Numbered from the stretch's first letter, positions 1 through 10,331 are shown. The stretch is 64,000 bases of DNA from a virus (IMGVR_UViG_3300044695_005677:1847-65846), one strand, 5' to 3'. Translations and numbers: made by a program. The notes: a model not told the origin generated them from the sequence alone.

Positions 1-2
1 CA

Positions 3-2282
3 GTCCAGCAATCCCAAAGCATAGCTACAGCCATCCCAGCGGTAGTCTCTCAAGACGACCAGACGCTGATCAAACGCGGACGAGTGAAGTCTCCAGCGGA
101 CATTGCCAGAATTCATCAGACATTATTTAATGAAGACCTGCTTTCTTCGCAGAAGCGGGCAATGGTCCAAGCTGCCATCGACGGTGAAGCACCTTATTCC
201 AACCAGAAGGAGCGTCTAGCTGGGCAGTCTGGGCGGAGCAATATCAACTTCGGGCAGCTTGCCCAAGCGGTCGAAGAGGCGCAGATGCCTTATTTCCGTC
301 TCCTTGAGTCTCTGGACGTGCTTTGCTCGACGCCGACTAAGTATGGCGACACAGAGACCCGCACGAACCTTGAGCCTGTTCTGGCCGAAGAGATCACTCG
401 GATGATCAAGAACTGGTCTGGCTTCCTCCCGTTGTGGGGGCAGTTGTCTTTGCTATATGTGTCAGAAGGAATCGGGTTTTCCTTGTTCTCGGACGCTATC
501 GATTGGCGCTGGCAGGTGAAGGGTCTTCAACACCTCAAGTTCCCTAGGCGCATACGTGCGGATGTGAACTACCTCGACATAGTAACGTGTGAGGATACTA
601 TGCGTCCTGATGAGTTGTATTCCAAGATCACCGCCGAAGAGCCTCTTGAGGACGAGCAGAAGTATTGGAACAAGGAAGCGATCCTAAAGACGATCAAGGA
701 GACGGCACGTTCCCAAGGGCTGAATGCAAACGATCCTCAAGAAGTTGCAGAGACGTGGAAAGACAACGATCTTTCCCAAGGTCTGACGGCAAACACTGTG
801 CGGGTCATCCATGCGTATGTCCGAGAACTGGATGGAACTGTAAGCCACTATCTGGCACGGTATGATGGTGAGGGCGAATGGCTCTACAAGTGTGAGGGCA
901 AGTTCAAGGACATCTCTTCACTGATCACATCATTTATCGGGAGCGTTGGCAGTAATGGTGACTTCCAGTCCATCCGCGGGCTTGGGTATCGCCTGTTCCC
1001 AGCAACTTCTGGGCAGAATCGTCTGCTCAACAAGTTCCTTGACCAAGCCTGTATCGCGTCGACCCCTCACTTGTCTACCAGCAACGAGGACGCGAACGTC
1101 GAGCAGATGATCAGGCCGATGGGTCCATACATGCTCATGGCCGATGGGACAGCGTTCCAAGAGATTCAGACTCCTGACTTCAGCAAGAACCTCATCCCCG
1201 CAATCGATGCATTGAACGGTATTGCCAGTTCGCGTGCAGCGGCGTCTGCCCCTTCTGCGGCTGGAGGAATGTCGAGGACTCAGAAGACCAAGTATCAGGT
1301 GCAGACGGAGACGGAGCAGTCGGGGGCGTTGCAGTCGAGCGGGTTCTCGATGTTTATGGCAGCGTGGGAGCGGCACCTGAGGTGTGTGCTCTCCCGAGTG
1401 TCGCGGGAGGATTACCTGATTACGGACCCGGGCGGTAAAGAAGTCCACGAACTCCGTCTTCGTCTCGTTGCCCGAGGAGTGCCCCTTGAAGCTCTCTACA
1501 AGCTGGACGTAAGGGCTGTTGAAGTGAATACGGGACTCGGGAAAGGCAGTGCAAGTGAGCGTCGATCCGTGACCAGTATCCTGAACGAGACCCTTTGGCC
1601 TCGACTCGATGCCAAGGGCAAGAATATCCTCGACCGCATGACAGCGGCTAGCTACGCTGGAACGCAGATTGCGAAGATGCTAGTCCCCGACATTACCGGA
1701 GGCAGGCCACCTATTGATGCTCAGGTCGCACAGCTTGAGAATAGTCTCATGTCACTTGGCAAGCCGCCAGCCTTTGAGCCGAATCAGGACCATGTGGTGC
1801 ATATCGACAAGCATCTGGAAGACCTCTACCAGATCAACACGCAGCTTACCCAGATGCAGATCGAACTGCGTCCGGCCATTGACCAGATGCAACCAATCTG
1901 GGAGCACTGCATCAATCAGCATCTCCCTCTCATTGACCCAACTAATCCCGACTACCGCAGGTTCAAGGAAGCCTTGCAGCAGCTTGGTGAACTCATCAAG
2001 AACAGCCGCAAGCACCTTGATGCGGAAGATCAGCATGAAGCAGAAGCACAGGCTGAAGCCCAAGGGCAAGAGGCTCCGCAGCAGGATGCACAGTATGGCG
2101 GAACGCCCGCTGGCCTGTTTGCCGCAGCGGTCGATGCCAATGCCAGAGCCGCGAGCAAGGATGATGCGATCATCCAGAAGACCAAGGCAGAGACTCAGAT
2201 CATGCTGGAGAAGCACAGGCAGCAACTGGCGGCAAACGATGTGAAGCTCGCGCTGGACGTTAAGAAGAGCCAGAGCAGGTAA
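3..2282 (+). CDS. Probable portal (head-tail connector) protein, 5'-truncated
   Basis: The frame is open from nt 3 (VQQSQSIATAIP...) into the listed 732-aa ORF. Size, helical Q-rich C-terminus and position ahead of scaffold and capsid fit a podovirus portal. Confidence 0.7.
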   Translation, partial: VQQSQSIATAIPAVVSQDDQTLIKRGRVKSPADIARIHQTLFNEDLLSSQKRAMVQAAIDGEAPYSNQKERLAGQSGRSNINFGQLAQAVEEAQMPYFRLLESLDVLCSTPTKYGDTETRTNLEPVLAEEITRMIKNWSGFLPLWGQLSLLYVSEGIGFSLFSDAIDWRWQVKGLQHLKFPRRIRADVNYLDIVTCEDTMRPDELYSKITAEEPLEDEQKYWNKEAILKTIKETARSQGLNANDPQEVAETWKDNDLSQGLTANTVRVIHAYVRELDGTVSHYLARYDGEGEWLYKCEGKFKDISSLITSFIGSVGSNGDFQSIRGLGYRLFPATSGQNRLLNKFLDQACIASTPHLSTSNEDANVEQMIRPMGPYMLMADGTAFQEIQTPDFSKNLIPAIDALNGIASSRAAASAPSAAGGMSRTQKTKYQVQTETEQSGALQSSGFSMFMAAWERHLRCVLSRVSREDYLITDPGGKEVHELRLRLVARGVPLEALYKLDVRAVEVNTGLGKGSASERRSVTSILNETLWPRLDAKGKNILDRMTAASYAGTQIAKMLVPDITGGRPPIDAQVAQLENSLMSLGKPPAFEPNQDHVVHIDKHLEDLYQINTQLTQMQIELRPAIDQMQPIWEHCINQHLPLIDPTNPDYRRFKEALQQLGELIKNSRKHLDAEDQHEAEAQAEAQGQEAPQQDAQYGGTPAGLFAAAVDANARAASKDDAIIQKTKAETQIMLEKHRQQLAANDVKLALDVKKSQSR

Positions 2283-2336
2283 CTACGGATATTCCCGCTA
2301 GACAGACCAGCATATTTCGATAAGTTGAAAGGGTAA

Positions 2337-2699
2337 ATGACAACTACTCATCTTCAAGCGTCTAAAGAAATCTACAGGTTCAGGCAAAATAAAGAAGCTG
2401 TTGGAAGACTCCAAGAACTTTTGTCTGACCCTGTCATGAAGTCAGCCATGACGATGGTCGAGAATTTGTCCAGACCGTCGGTGCTGCCCGAATTGACTCC
2501 CACGGTGCATCACGACACTTCGATTGCACACTATATGCACATGCTCATCGGAGTGAACAAAGCCTTTTCTATGCTTAAACGTATGGCTATCGATGTGGAT
2601 AGCGAAGACGACAGGGATTTTAGCGAGGACGAGGTCGGTGATTTCGAGGCTTACGGTCACGAAATTAAGGCAATCAAAATCCCTAAAATCAAACCATAA
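2337..2699 (+). CDS. Hypothetical protein between portal and scaffold
   Basis: 120-aa ORF tightly packed in the head operon. Confidence 0.7.
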   Translation: MTTTHLQASKEIYRFRQNKEAVGRLQELLSDPVMKSAMTMVENLSRPSVLPELTPTVHHDTSIAHYMHMLIGVNKAFSMLKRMAIDVDSEDDRDFSEDEVGDFEAYGHEIKAIKIPKIKP

Positions 2700-2704
2700 C
2701 ACCT

Positions 2705-3955
2705 ATGTCAGAACCAATCACGGCACCAGCGCCAGCATCCGCACCTTCATCCCCCGCTCCAGCGGCACCATCGTCCAGCCCATCAGTCAGTTCATCGGCA
2801 CCACCGCCTTCCGGAGGCATGGACCTGATGAGCGAACTCTCGGACAGTATTTCAGAGGTGAAGAACGGCAAAGCCCCTCAAAAGGCAAAAGCAGCTTCGC
2901 CAAAGGCTCAAGAGAAAAAGCCCGAGATCGCGGCTAAGGAAGCAGCAAGCGGCGAGAAGACTCCTGAGAAGCAACCTTGGGAAGTTGATGCTGCCTCTGA
3001 GAAAGAGGAGCCAGCTACTGAAGAGGTTGCTACCGAAGAGAAGGTTCCTGAAGATGTCCGGACTCCAGAAGCCAAGGCACGGTGGACTGAGCTAAAGAAA
3101 AGCCAGAACGAACTCAACAAACTCAAGCCCGAGTATGAGGCTTTGAAGGAAGAAGTTGAGAAGCTGAGGGCCACACCGGAGAAGGTTCCTGCGGAGATCG
3201 AGAGTGAACTCAATGAACTGCGTCAGTTCCGTGCGGCCTATAAGGTCGAAGAGTCTCCTGAGTTCAAACAGTATGTCACTGAACCGTGGAATGAACAGGT
3301 AACCGCGATTCAAGAAGTCGCGGAGTTTGCGGGTATCGATGTAGACGCTTTGCTCAAAGCAACGGATGAGCCTAATACGCTTCGTCGGGCGCAAGCGATC
3401 AAGGCGGCTCTGGCAGAGTCCGTAGAAGAGGTTGATTCTCATGCCATCGAGATCGTGATGCGTGCAGCGGACAAACTCCACAAAGAGGTGTATCCGAATC
3501 AAGCGCAGCTCAAAGCGCAGGCTTTGGAAATTCAGAACGCCTTCAAGGGCAAGGAAGAACTGGAGAAGAGTCAGAAGGCTCAAGAGATTGAACAGAAGTT
3601 CAATTCTTCAGCACAGGAAATGTATGCCACCCTTGAGGCAAAACTCAAGGCAACTGGGCTATTTAATAATAAGGAACTAGCTGAACGGGTGAAGGCAGCA
3701 AAACCGTATGACGTTTCCGAGAAGCCAATGGAGGCGGCATATCAGGCACAGGCCAGTGCCCTCTTGCCCGGCTTCATTACCAAGTACAACGAGGTAGTCG
3801 CCGAACTCAAGACCGTAAAAGCCTCCCTCGCAGCCCGTGGGAAAGCCGTTGCTTCGCCTTCGGATAGCGCCGAGGCACCTAAGTCTACCAGCAATGAGTA
3901 TGACGGTGGGACCAACTTGGAAGATGAGCTTCGGGCAGTTACCCGTCGTTACTAG
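2705..3955 (+). CDS. Probable capsid scaffolding protein
   Basis: P/S/A-rich disordered N-terminus, acidic coiled-coil body, directly upstream of the capsid gene. Confidence 0.65.
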   Translation: MSEPITAPAPASAPSSPAPAAPSSSPSVSSSAPPPSGGMDLMSELSDSISEVKNGKAPQKAKAASPKAQEKKPEIAAKEAASGEKTPEKQPWEVDAASEKEEPATEEVATEEKVPEDVRTPEAKARWTELKKSQNELNKLKPEYEALKEEVEKLRATPEKVPAEIESELNELRQFRAAYKVEESPEFKQYVTEPWNEQVTAIQEVAEFAGIDVDALLKATDEPNTLRRAQAIKAALAESVEEVDSHAIEIVMRAADKLHKEVYPNQAQLKAQALEIQNAFKGKEELEKSQKAQEIEQKFNSSAQEMYATLEAKLKATGLFNNKELAERVKAAKPYDVSEKPMEAAYQAQASALLPGFITKYNEVVAELKTVKASLAARGKAVASPSDSAEAPKSTSNEYDGGTNLEDELRAVTRRY

Positions 3956-3971
3956 GATAAAGGGTGATTAG

Positions 3972-4013
3972 GAGTGAGCCTCTTTGCTAAAAGCAGAGAG
4001 GCTCATTCTTTTT
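3972..4013 (+). terminator. Rho-independent terminator after scaffold gene
   Basis: Stem GAGTGAGCCTCTTTGC / GCAGAGAGGCTCATTC followed by a T-run. Confidence 0.75.
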
Positions 4014-4014
4014 A

Positions 4015-4043
4015 TTGACACATGCCTAGAAAAGGAATATAAG
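4015..4043 (+). promoter_or_regulatory. Sigma70-type promoter for major capsid gene
   Basis: TTGACA (4015-4020), 17-nt spacer, TATAAG (4038-4043). Confidence 0.8.
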
Positions 4044-4083
4044 TGTCGACGAGTATAAACAGCGCGGTTTGTCGCAAGGAAAC

Positions 4084-4190
4084 GCTCGATCCTTAGAACA
4101 GGCAAAAAGAGCTTAACAAGAGTTGGGGTCGCTCCCCCGATGCACGCAACGAGACCCAATCTCGCCTTTTGCTGTATCGGACAATCGAGC
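4084..4190 (+). ncRNA. Putative structured 5' leader of capsid mRNA
   Basis: Nested complementary segments GCTCGAT/ATCGAGC, ACAGGCAAAAAG/CTTTTGCTGT and GAGTTGGGGTC/GACCCAATCTC within a ~185-nt leader. Confidence 0.45.
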
Positions 4191-4231
4191 ATCAGGGGCG
4201 AAAACCAAACCCCCCAAAACCCCCGACTAAT

Positions 4232-5404
4232 ATGGCTAACCTCAATGAAATCTTCGCCCGCGATGCTGAACGTATCCAAGGCGATATCTACCACATCCAG
4301 CGTGACCAAGGTCGCGTTTCCGCGCTCATCAAGAAGGAAGTCCTTCCTGAAGGCATGGGCTATAACTTCACCACTCCTGTCGTCCAGCGGTCTAATCGCT
4401 CTGACGGTGCAGGCTGGGTGGCTGTTCAGGCCGAAGACGGCACAGGAAATAACTGTACGCCTACACCCGGCATCACCACCTCGGCCATCGACATCCTTTC
4501 TTGGTCCGCTGAAAAGCGCGTCGAGAAGTCCGATACGATCTGTCTTGATGACGCTTGGAGCGCCTACAACTTCACCGAACAGGTGACTCGTAAGCGCGAA
4601 GAATTCGTCGCCACCATCGTTGACCTTTGGGAAGACGCTGACAAGGCTCACTTCTTCAGTGCCGCCGGACACAAAATCGTGTTCAATAGTTCCCTCACCG
4701 AAGGTAACTCCACGACCATGCCTGCTAGCGCAGCCACCTACCAGATCAATCAGGATCTTCTTGATTCGATCCGTTCCCGTGGTCTTCGCGACGGTATGGG
4801 CAAGGAGCCTTACGCTATGCGTGACGGTGGTCCAGTCCTTCCGCTCATCCTTTCGGACGAAGCTCACCGCACTCTTATCAAGGGCGACTCTTCGATCCGT
4901 GAAGACTTCCGCTTCGCGGAAATGGGCAAGGGCGTTGAAGGTGCTACCCTGCTCAAAGCATGGTCCGTCGACAAGTCGTATGGTGGCTTTATGCACATCA
5001 TCGACACGAAAATGCCTCGTTTTAACTTCACTGGTGGCGCATGGGTCGAAGTTCCATTCTACACCACTGCTTCCGCCTCTATCGGCACGAAGCTGATCCT
5101 CAATCCGGCCTACCTCACCGCCGAATACGAAGACGCCTATGTCTGGCATCCAGACGTGGTGCATCGTATGACTCCGAAGACCCGCTCTTCGGTTGGCGCT
5201 GACACCAAGTTCGCTGGTTTCGGCTACAACGGCGAAGTCGTGTGGCGCAACATCCCGAACGTGGATGACAACCTGATGGAAAATCAGGGCTTCTGGGCCG
5301 CCCAGTTGTATGCCGCTTGGAAACCTATCAAGGTCCAATACGGCTACGTCGTCCGCTTCAAGCGTTGCCCGAACATCGTCGGCTCCGCTTGCCCCGCCTA
5401 CTAA
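4232..5404 (+). CDS. Major capsid protein
   Basis: About 390 aa from the ATG at 4232 (MANLNEIF...). Strong codon bias, own promoter and terminator, follows the scaffold gene. Confidence 0.8.
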   Translation: MANLNEIFARDAERIQGDIYHIQRDQGRVSALIKKEVLPEGMGYNFTTPVVQRSNRSDGAGWVAVQAEDGTGNNCTPTPGITTSAIDILSWSAEKRVEKSDTICLDDAWSAYNFTEQVTRKREEFVATIVDLWEDADKAHFFSAAGHKIVFNSSLTEGNSTTMPASAATYQINQDLLDSIRSRGLRDGMGKEPYAMRDGGPVLPLILSDEAHRTLIKGDSSIREDFRFAEMGKGVEGATLLKAWSVDKSYGGFMHIIDTKMPRFNFTGGAWVEVPFYTTASASIGTKLILNPAYLTAEYEDAYVWHPDVVHRMTPKTRSSVGADTKFAGFGYNGEVVWRNIPNVDDNLMENQGFWAAQLYAAWKPIKVQYGYVVRFKRCPNIVGSACPAY

Positions 5405-5417
5405 TGTAGGCTAAACT

Positions 5418-5454
5418 AGGGCAGGGGTTGCTAATCACAGCCCCTGCCTTTTTT
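5418..5454 (+). terminator. Rho-independent terminator after capsid gene
   Basis: GGCAGGGGTTG / CAGCCCCTGCC stem followed by TTTTTT. Confidence 0.85.
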
Positions 5455-5478
5455 ACTTAAACCAACTACTCTAAGACT

Positions 5479-5835
5479 ATGCCACCAATGGAAATGGGTA
5501 AGCCCGCAATGGGCATGCAAAAAGGAAAGCACATGGCAGAGGCTATGGATGAAGCCATGGGAGAAGAAGACACGGATGACGTGTTCTCTTTTGCTCCACC
5601 TGAAGGTTTTACTCCTCCTGATGACATGGAAGAAGGAAAGCCTTTTGATATCGTCGCCTCTATGGTGATGAAAGACGGGAAACTCGCGATTAAATCGATC
5701 AACGGGACAAAAGTCTCTCAGACGAAAGAAGAGCCTGAAACGATGGAGGAGGAGTCAAGCGGACCTCCTGAACCTACTGAAGATGGCGGAGCTACCCTTG
5801 CCTCCGAAATCAAGAAAGCCGGATACGGACGATAA
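5479..5835 (+). CDS. Acidic hypothetical protein
   Basis: 118-aa ORF, E/D/M-rich. Confidence 0.6.
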   Translation: MPPMEMGKPAMGMQKGKHMAEAMDEAMGEEDTDDVFSFAPPEGFTPPDDMEEGKPFDIVASMVMKDGKLAIKSINGTKVSQTKEEPETMEEESSGPPEPTEDGGATLASEIKKAGYGR

Positions 5836-5837
5836 GT

Positions 5838-6080
5838 ATGACTGCATCTCCCTACGCATCAGCAGCTAAGATTACCGAAGCCCTTGCGGTGATCGGTCAA
5901 TCCTATGTAGATACCAAAGAATACGGTCTGTATGTTCAGATCGCGATGGCTTTGGCAAACCGAAATGCGGTTGGAGGAGACCCAATGCAGAATACCGTCG
6001 ACGCCCTTGGTGGTAGCATCTTGGCTACCACCAAGCAGGGCATCTTGTCTCAGATTTTTGTCCTTGCTGCCACTGCATGA
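5838..6080 (+). CDS. Small hypothetical virion-region protein
   Basis: 80-aa ORF beginning MTASPYASAAKI. Confidence 0.65.
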   Translation: MTASPYASAAKITEALAVIGQSYVDTKEYGLYVQIAMALANRNAVGGDPMQNTVDALGGSILATTKQGILSQIFVLAATA

Positions 6081-6214
6081 CCGCTTCTCCCTACGCCTCC
6101 GATGCAAAGATTGCCGAAGCCGTTGCGGTTATCGAAGCGGAATACGTGGGCACTCGGGAGCAGACTCTTTTGCAACAGATATTGATCGCAATCGCGGTGA
6201 ATACGACCCCCTAA
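6077..6214 (+). CDS. 45-aa paralog of the preceding gene (not in ORF track)
   Basis: ATGA overlap. MTASPYASDAKIAEAVAVIEAEYVGTREQTLLQQILIAIAVNTTP aligns with the N-terminus of 5838..6080. Confidence 0.7.
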   Translation: MTASPYASDAKIAEAVAVIEAEYVGTREQTLLQQILIAIAVNTTP

Positions 6215-6245
6215 ACGACTACTCCCAGCCCCCTTTCTAGAGAAA

Positions 6246-6602
6246 ATGCTCCCCGGACAATCCACAGTGCTCAACGACCAGCTTGCCTTTGTCCAAGGAG
6301 ACACTTGGGGAGGGATACCATCTATCGCACTCGTCCCTGCGCCGAACTACAACGTAGCGTCGGCTGAAATGCAGTTCAGAGAGTCCAAGGTGGCTGTACT
6401 CCCATCTGCGACTCTATCCACAGCAGACGGATCAATCGTCATCAATAACGCTGGGACATGGAGTTTCACAGTTCCAGTGCAAAACCTTCCCCTGACTGCC
6501 GGAACCTACGACTGGCAGTTTCAAACCACAGACGTTGAAGGCAGTGTGCAGACCTATCTGCAAGGAACCATCCAAGTCTATCTCGACATCGTTCGCCCAT
6601 GA
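6246..6602 (+). CDS. Beta-sandwich virion protein (fibre adaptor-like)
   Basis: QGDTW...GTYDWQFQ...YLQGTIQV pattern typical of small Ig-like proteins ahead of fibre genes. Confidence 0.55.
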   Translation: MLPGQSTVLNDQLAFVQGDTWGGIPSIALVPAPNYNVASAEMQFRESKVAVLPSATLSTADGSIVINNAGTWSFTVPVQNLPLTAGTYDWQFQTTDVEGSVQTYLQGTIQVYLDIVRP

Positions 6603-9181
6603 GCACTACCGTCAACGTAACCACTGAAGGAGATGTCACCGTTGGTGTCGAATATAACCCTGTCGCAGGATCGGGAACCGATACCAACATCGGAATAACT
6701 CGGACATCTTCGACGGTTGTCGTCACCTCAAGTTCAGGTACGGACGGGACAATCCTAGCAGCAGACGGCACGAACGCAGGGGTTTTCACTTCTGCCAATT
6801 ACACCAAGCTGGCGGGGATCAGCGGCACCAACACAGGCGACCAGAACATCTTCAAGAACATAGCTGTAGCTGGGCAAGACACTGTAGTCGCTGACACAAC
6901 AACCGACACGCTCACACTCGTAGCAGGAACCAATATCACCCTCACGACGGACGCTGCTACCGATACCATCACAATCACAGCATCAGGAGGTGGAGGCACT
7001 GGAGATGTAGTTGGGCCAGCTAGCGCGACAGATGGAGCTTTCGCTCTGTTCGACACGACCACAGGCAAACTGCTCAAGAACGGATCAATCCCCGGCGGCG
7101 CAGCCACACTCAACGTAGGCACCACCGCAGGCACTGTTGCCGCCGGAGATGACTCTAGGCTCACAAACGCCCGCACACCCACGGCTCACGCCTCTACGCA
7201 CGTCACAGGAGGCTCCGACGCAATCCAGTCGGCTACGTCTTCCCAGAACGGCTTGGCTACTTCCACGCAGATCACTAAGCTCGACGGTATCGAAGCTGGA
7301 GCCGATGTCACAGATGCTACCAATGTATCTGCGGCTGGAGCCGTGATGAAGACCTTGGCTGATGCTAAAGGCGACCTTTTTGCTGCGACTGCTGCCGACA
7401 CAGTGACTCGCTTGCCTATTGGGGTATCGAATGGGCATGTGCTGACCGTTGATTCGGCGGAAACCACGGGGATGAAGTGGACGGCACCTTCCGGCTCCGG
7501 TGGTGATGTCGTCGGGCCAGCAAGCTCAACGGACAATGCTTTTGCACGGTTTGACTCCACGACAGGTAAACTTCTCCAGAACAGCACTGCGACTTTGGAC
7601 GATGTGGGTCTTGCATCTTTGGACGCCGTTCAGTTTGCCACAGCCCCTACAACAACCGAAGGAGTAGCCAAAGCTGTTTGGGATACAACCAATAGCTGCC
7701 TGAGCATTGGCCTCAACTCTTCAGTCACTAGCTTCGTCGGGACTGATCTTCATGTGAAGGTCTATAACCCAACGGCAAGCACCATGACCGTGATGCAGGT
7801 CGTTCGACAGAGCGGAGCTTCTGGCACTCGTCTCAACGTGCAGTTAGCTTTAGGGGATTCCGATACAACTTCCGCAACCTCTATCGGGGTCATTGCCCAG
7901 ACGATAACAAGCCATGCGGAAGGTTTCATCCAGATGGCAGGGTTGCTTCAAGGGGTGAATACGAACGCTTTTGAGGAAGGAGACACCCTTTGGCTATCTC
8001 CGACTACCGCAGGTCTGATTACCAATGTCCGACCCACTGCTCCAAACCATAGTGTTCGGATTGGTTACTGCATCAAGAAAGCCGTTGGAGCAGGAATTAT
8101 CCTTATCGACATCCTCAATGGGTTTGAAATTGGGGAACTGCATGATGTTGTTATCACCGAGCCAGTAGCCGACAATAGTTTCCTCACCTATGATACTGCA
8201 TCCTCAGTATGGATAAACGAAGCCCCCTCCGCAGCAAAATCCTCCATCGGCCTTGGCAGCGTGACCAACGATGCACAGACCAAAGCAGCGATTGTTCCGA
8301 ATACTGCACCGACAGCGGGACAACTTCTTGTGGGGAATGCAGGCGGAACGGCATACGCTCCAGTGTCACTCAGCAGCGACGCTACCGTAGCCAGCACAGG
8401 CGCACTGACTTTGGCGACCGTGAATAGCAACGTTGGTTCCTTTGGCAGCGCAACTCAGTCAGCAGCAGTCACGGTCAATGCCAAAGGCTTAGTGACCGCT
8501 GTCAGCACATCCACGATCACTCCAGCAGTAGGCTCAATCACAGGACTTGGCACTGGAGTGGCAACCGCTCTTGCAGTCAATGTTGGCACCGCAGGAGCGC
8601 CCGTTGTCAATGGTGGAGCACTTGGCACACCATCGAGTGGAACGCTCTCAAGCTGCACTGGACTGCCAATCTCTGGCCTCACTAGCTCCACAAGCACCGC
8701 TCTTGGAGTCGGCACGCTTGAACTTGGTGCAGCTTCAGACACAACCTTGGCTCGTAGTAGTGCCGGAAACATCACCGTCGAGGGCAATCTCATCTACCGT
8801 GCAGGAGGCAGTTTTGTGGGGATGCCTGTTGAGCTTGCTTATGCTTGCTCAGACGAAGGCACTGCTCTGACTACAGGGACTGCCAAGGTGACGTTCCGAA
8901 TGCCGTTTGCCATGACACTGACAGGAATCCGTTCAAGCGTCACGACAGCTCCAACTGGCAGCACTCTTGTTGTTGACCTCAATGAAGGTGGAACATCTGT
9001 CTTGAGCACCAAACTCAGTATTGATGCTACCGAGAAAACTAGTGTCACTGCTGCAACTGCTGCTGTTATCTCAGACAGCGCTTTGGCGGACGATGCTGAG
9101 ATGACCATCGACATCGACCAGATTGGCTCAACCGTCGCAGGAACAGGGCTGAAAGTGACCCTTATCGGGACTCGCGCATGA
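6599..9181 (+). CDS. Fibre or spike protein
   Basis: 860 aa, T/A/G/S-rich, with a duplicated GDVVGPAS.TD.AFA.FD.TTGKLL module and HASTH motif. Confidence 0.75.
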   Translation: MSTTVNVTTEGDVTVGVEYNPVAGSGTDTNIGITRTSSTVVVTSSSGTDGTILAADGTNAGVFTSANYTKLAGISGTNTGDQNIFKNIAVAGQDTVVADTTTDTLTLVAGTNITLTTDAATDTITITASGGGGTGDVVGPASATDGAFALFDTTTGKLLKNGSIPGGAATLNVGTTAGTVAAGDDSRLTNARTPTAHASTHVTGGSDAIQSATSSQNGLATSTQITKLDGIEAGADVTDATNVSAAGAVMKTLADAKGDLFAATAADTVTRLPIGVSNGHVLTVDSAETTGMKWTAPSGSGGDVVGPASSTDNAFARFDSTTGKLLQNSTATLDDVGLASLDAVQFATAPTTTEGVAKAVWDTTNSCLSIGLNSSVTSFVGTDLHVKVYNPTASTMTVMQVVRQSGASGTRLNVQLALGDSDTTSATSIGVIAQTITSHAEGFIQMAGLLQGVNTNAFEEGDTLWLSPTTAGLITNVRPTAPNHSVRIGYCIKKAVGAGIILIDILNGFEIGELHDVVITEPVADNSFLTYDTASSVWINEAPSAAKSSIGLGSVTNDAQTKAAIVPNTAPTAGQLLVGNAGGTAYAPVSLSSDATVASTGALTLATVNSNVGSFGSATQSAAVTVNAKGLVTAVSTSTITPAVGSITGLGTGVATALAVNVGTAGAPVVNGGALGTPSSGTLSSCTGLPISGLTSSTSTALGVGTLELGAASDTTLARSSAGNITVEGNLIYRAGGSFVGMPVELAYACSDEGTALTTGTAKVTFRMPFAMTLTGIRSSVTTAPTGSTLVVDLNEGGTSVLSTKLSIDATEKTSVTAATAAVISDSALADDAEMTIDIDQIGSTVAGTGLKVTLIGTRA

Positions 9182-9846
9182 ACCTTGTAAATCCATACTT
9201 GTTCGCGCCCGCTGGAAATACTGATCCGTATTTCGCAGATGTTAAGCTCCTGTTGCATCTAGATGGCTCAAACGGCGGCACATCAGCCACGGACTTCAGT
9301 CCTATCGCCAGAGCGATCACCTTTTACGGTAACGCCCAGTTGACCACCACTGATCCAAAATTTGGCACCGCTGCGTTGCTGCTCGATGGTAATGGTGACT
9401 ACATCGACACGCCCAGTAGCGCAGATTTCGAGTTCTCGGGAGATTTTACGCTTGAGGCGTGGGTGTACCTCACAACCACAAGTGGTAGTTACAAGACTAT
9501 TTTTGGGAGCGGGACGTATGGACTATACCACATCTCCAACACACTTGTCTGGTATAGCACAGTTGGTGGTCTGACCACGTTCGGGACGATCACGAATAAT
9601 GCGTGGCACCATGTTGCGATCAGTCGCAGTGGCACCTCGTTAAAATGCTTTGTGGACGGTGTGCAGAGTGGGTCAACGCTCACATCGAGCACGAGTTTCA
9701 CCTGCACCACAACGTGGAAAATCGGGTATGATGCCATCGGGGCGGCCTACCTCACCAGCAAGGTGGACGATGTGCGAGTAACAAAAGGAGTCGCTCGATA
9801 CACTGCTGATTTCACTGCACCAACTGAGGCATTCCCTAATTCATAA
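9178..9846 (+). CDS. LamG/concanavalin A-like lectin domain protein
   Basis: LLLHLDG...KFGTAAL.LDG.GDY...DFTLEAWVY...WHHVAISR...DDVRVTKGVARY. Confidence 0.85.
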   Translation: MNLVNPYLFAPAGNTDPYFADVKLLLHLDGSNGGTSATDFSPIARAITFYGNAQLTTTDPKFGTAALLLDGNGDYIDTPSSADFEFSGDFTLEAWVYLTTTSGSYKTIFGSGTYGLYHISNTLVWYSTVGGLTTFGTITNNAWHHVAISRSGTSLKCFVDGVQSGSTLTSSTSFTCTTTWKIGYDAIGAAYLTSKVDDVRVTKGVARYTADFTAPTEAFPNS

Positions 9847-10331
9847 TGAGACTTCTCTACAACACACTCACCGAACGACTGCAACCCTATCCCCGCGCCG
9901 ATGACGAGGATGTAGTTGGACTGTCACCTGAATACCTCATCATGCAGGTAGTCAATACCGCCAAACCAGTCTTCGACGAAGCAACAGAGGTTCTTGTCCC
10001 TGCACAGACAGTCAACACTACCACGCAAACCGTGACTAACGGCTGGACAATTGCACCAAAGCCTGAGCCAGTTTCATTGCCTATTGCAGTCTCTATGCGT
10101 TCTCTCCGACTCGCTTTAATCGACGCTGGACTCTATCAGTCTGTTGTCGCTGCGATCAACGGCATACCTGATGCTACGGAAAAGCTCAAAGCGCAAATCT
10201 GGTGGGACACTTCCCCTACAGTTTATCGCGACAACGGCTACGTCATATCTTTTGGTTCTGCTCTTGGGAAAACTACCTTAGAAGTTGACCAAATCTTCTC
10301 AATGGCTAGGGTATATGATCTACCACAATGA
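9846..10331 (+). CDS. Fibre-associated hypothetical protein (assembly chaperone-like)
   Basis: 161 aa with SMRSLRLAL...AQIWW...EVDQIF C-terminal domain, a pattern common after phage fibre genes. Confidence 0.55.
   Translation: MRLLYNTLTERLQPYPRADDEDVVGLSPEYLIMQVVNTAKPVFDEATEVLVPAQTVNTTTQTVTNGWTIAPKPEPVSLPIAVSMRSLRLALIDAGLYQSVVAAINGIPDATEKLKAQIWWDTSPTVYRDNGYVISFGSALGKTTLEVDQIFSMARVYDLPQ

Noticed and set aside
3968-5338. 456-aa ORF antisense to the capsid gene
   Set aside because: Mirror frame of a strongly codon-biased gene; no motifs or expression signals.
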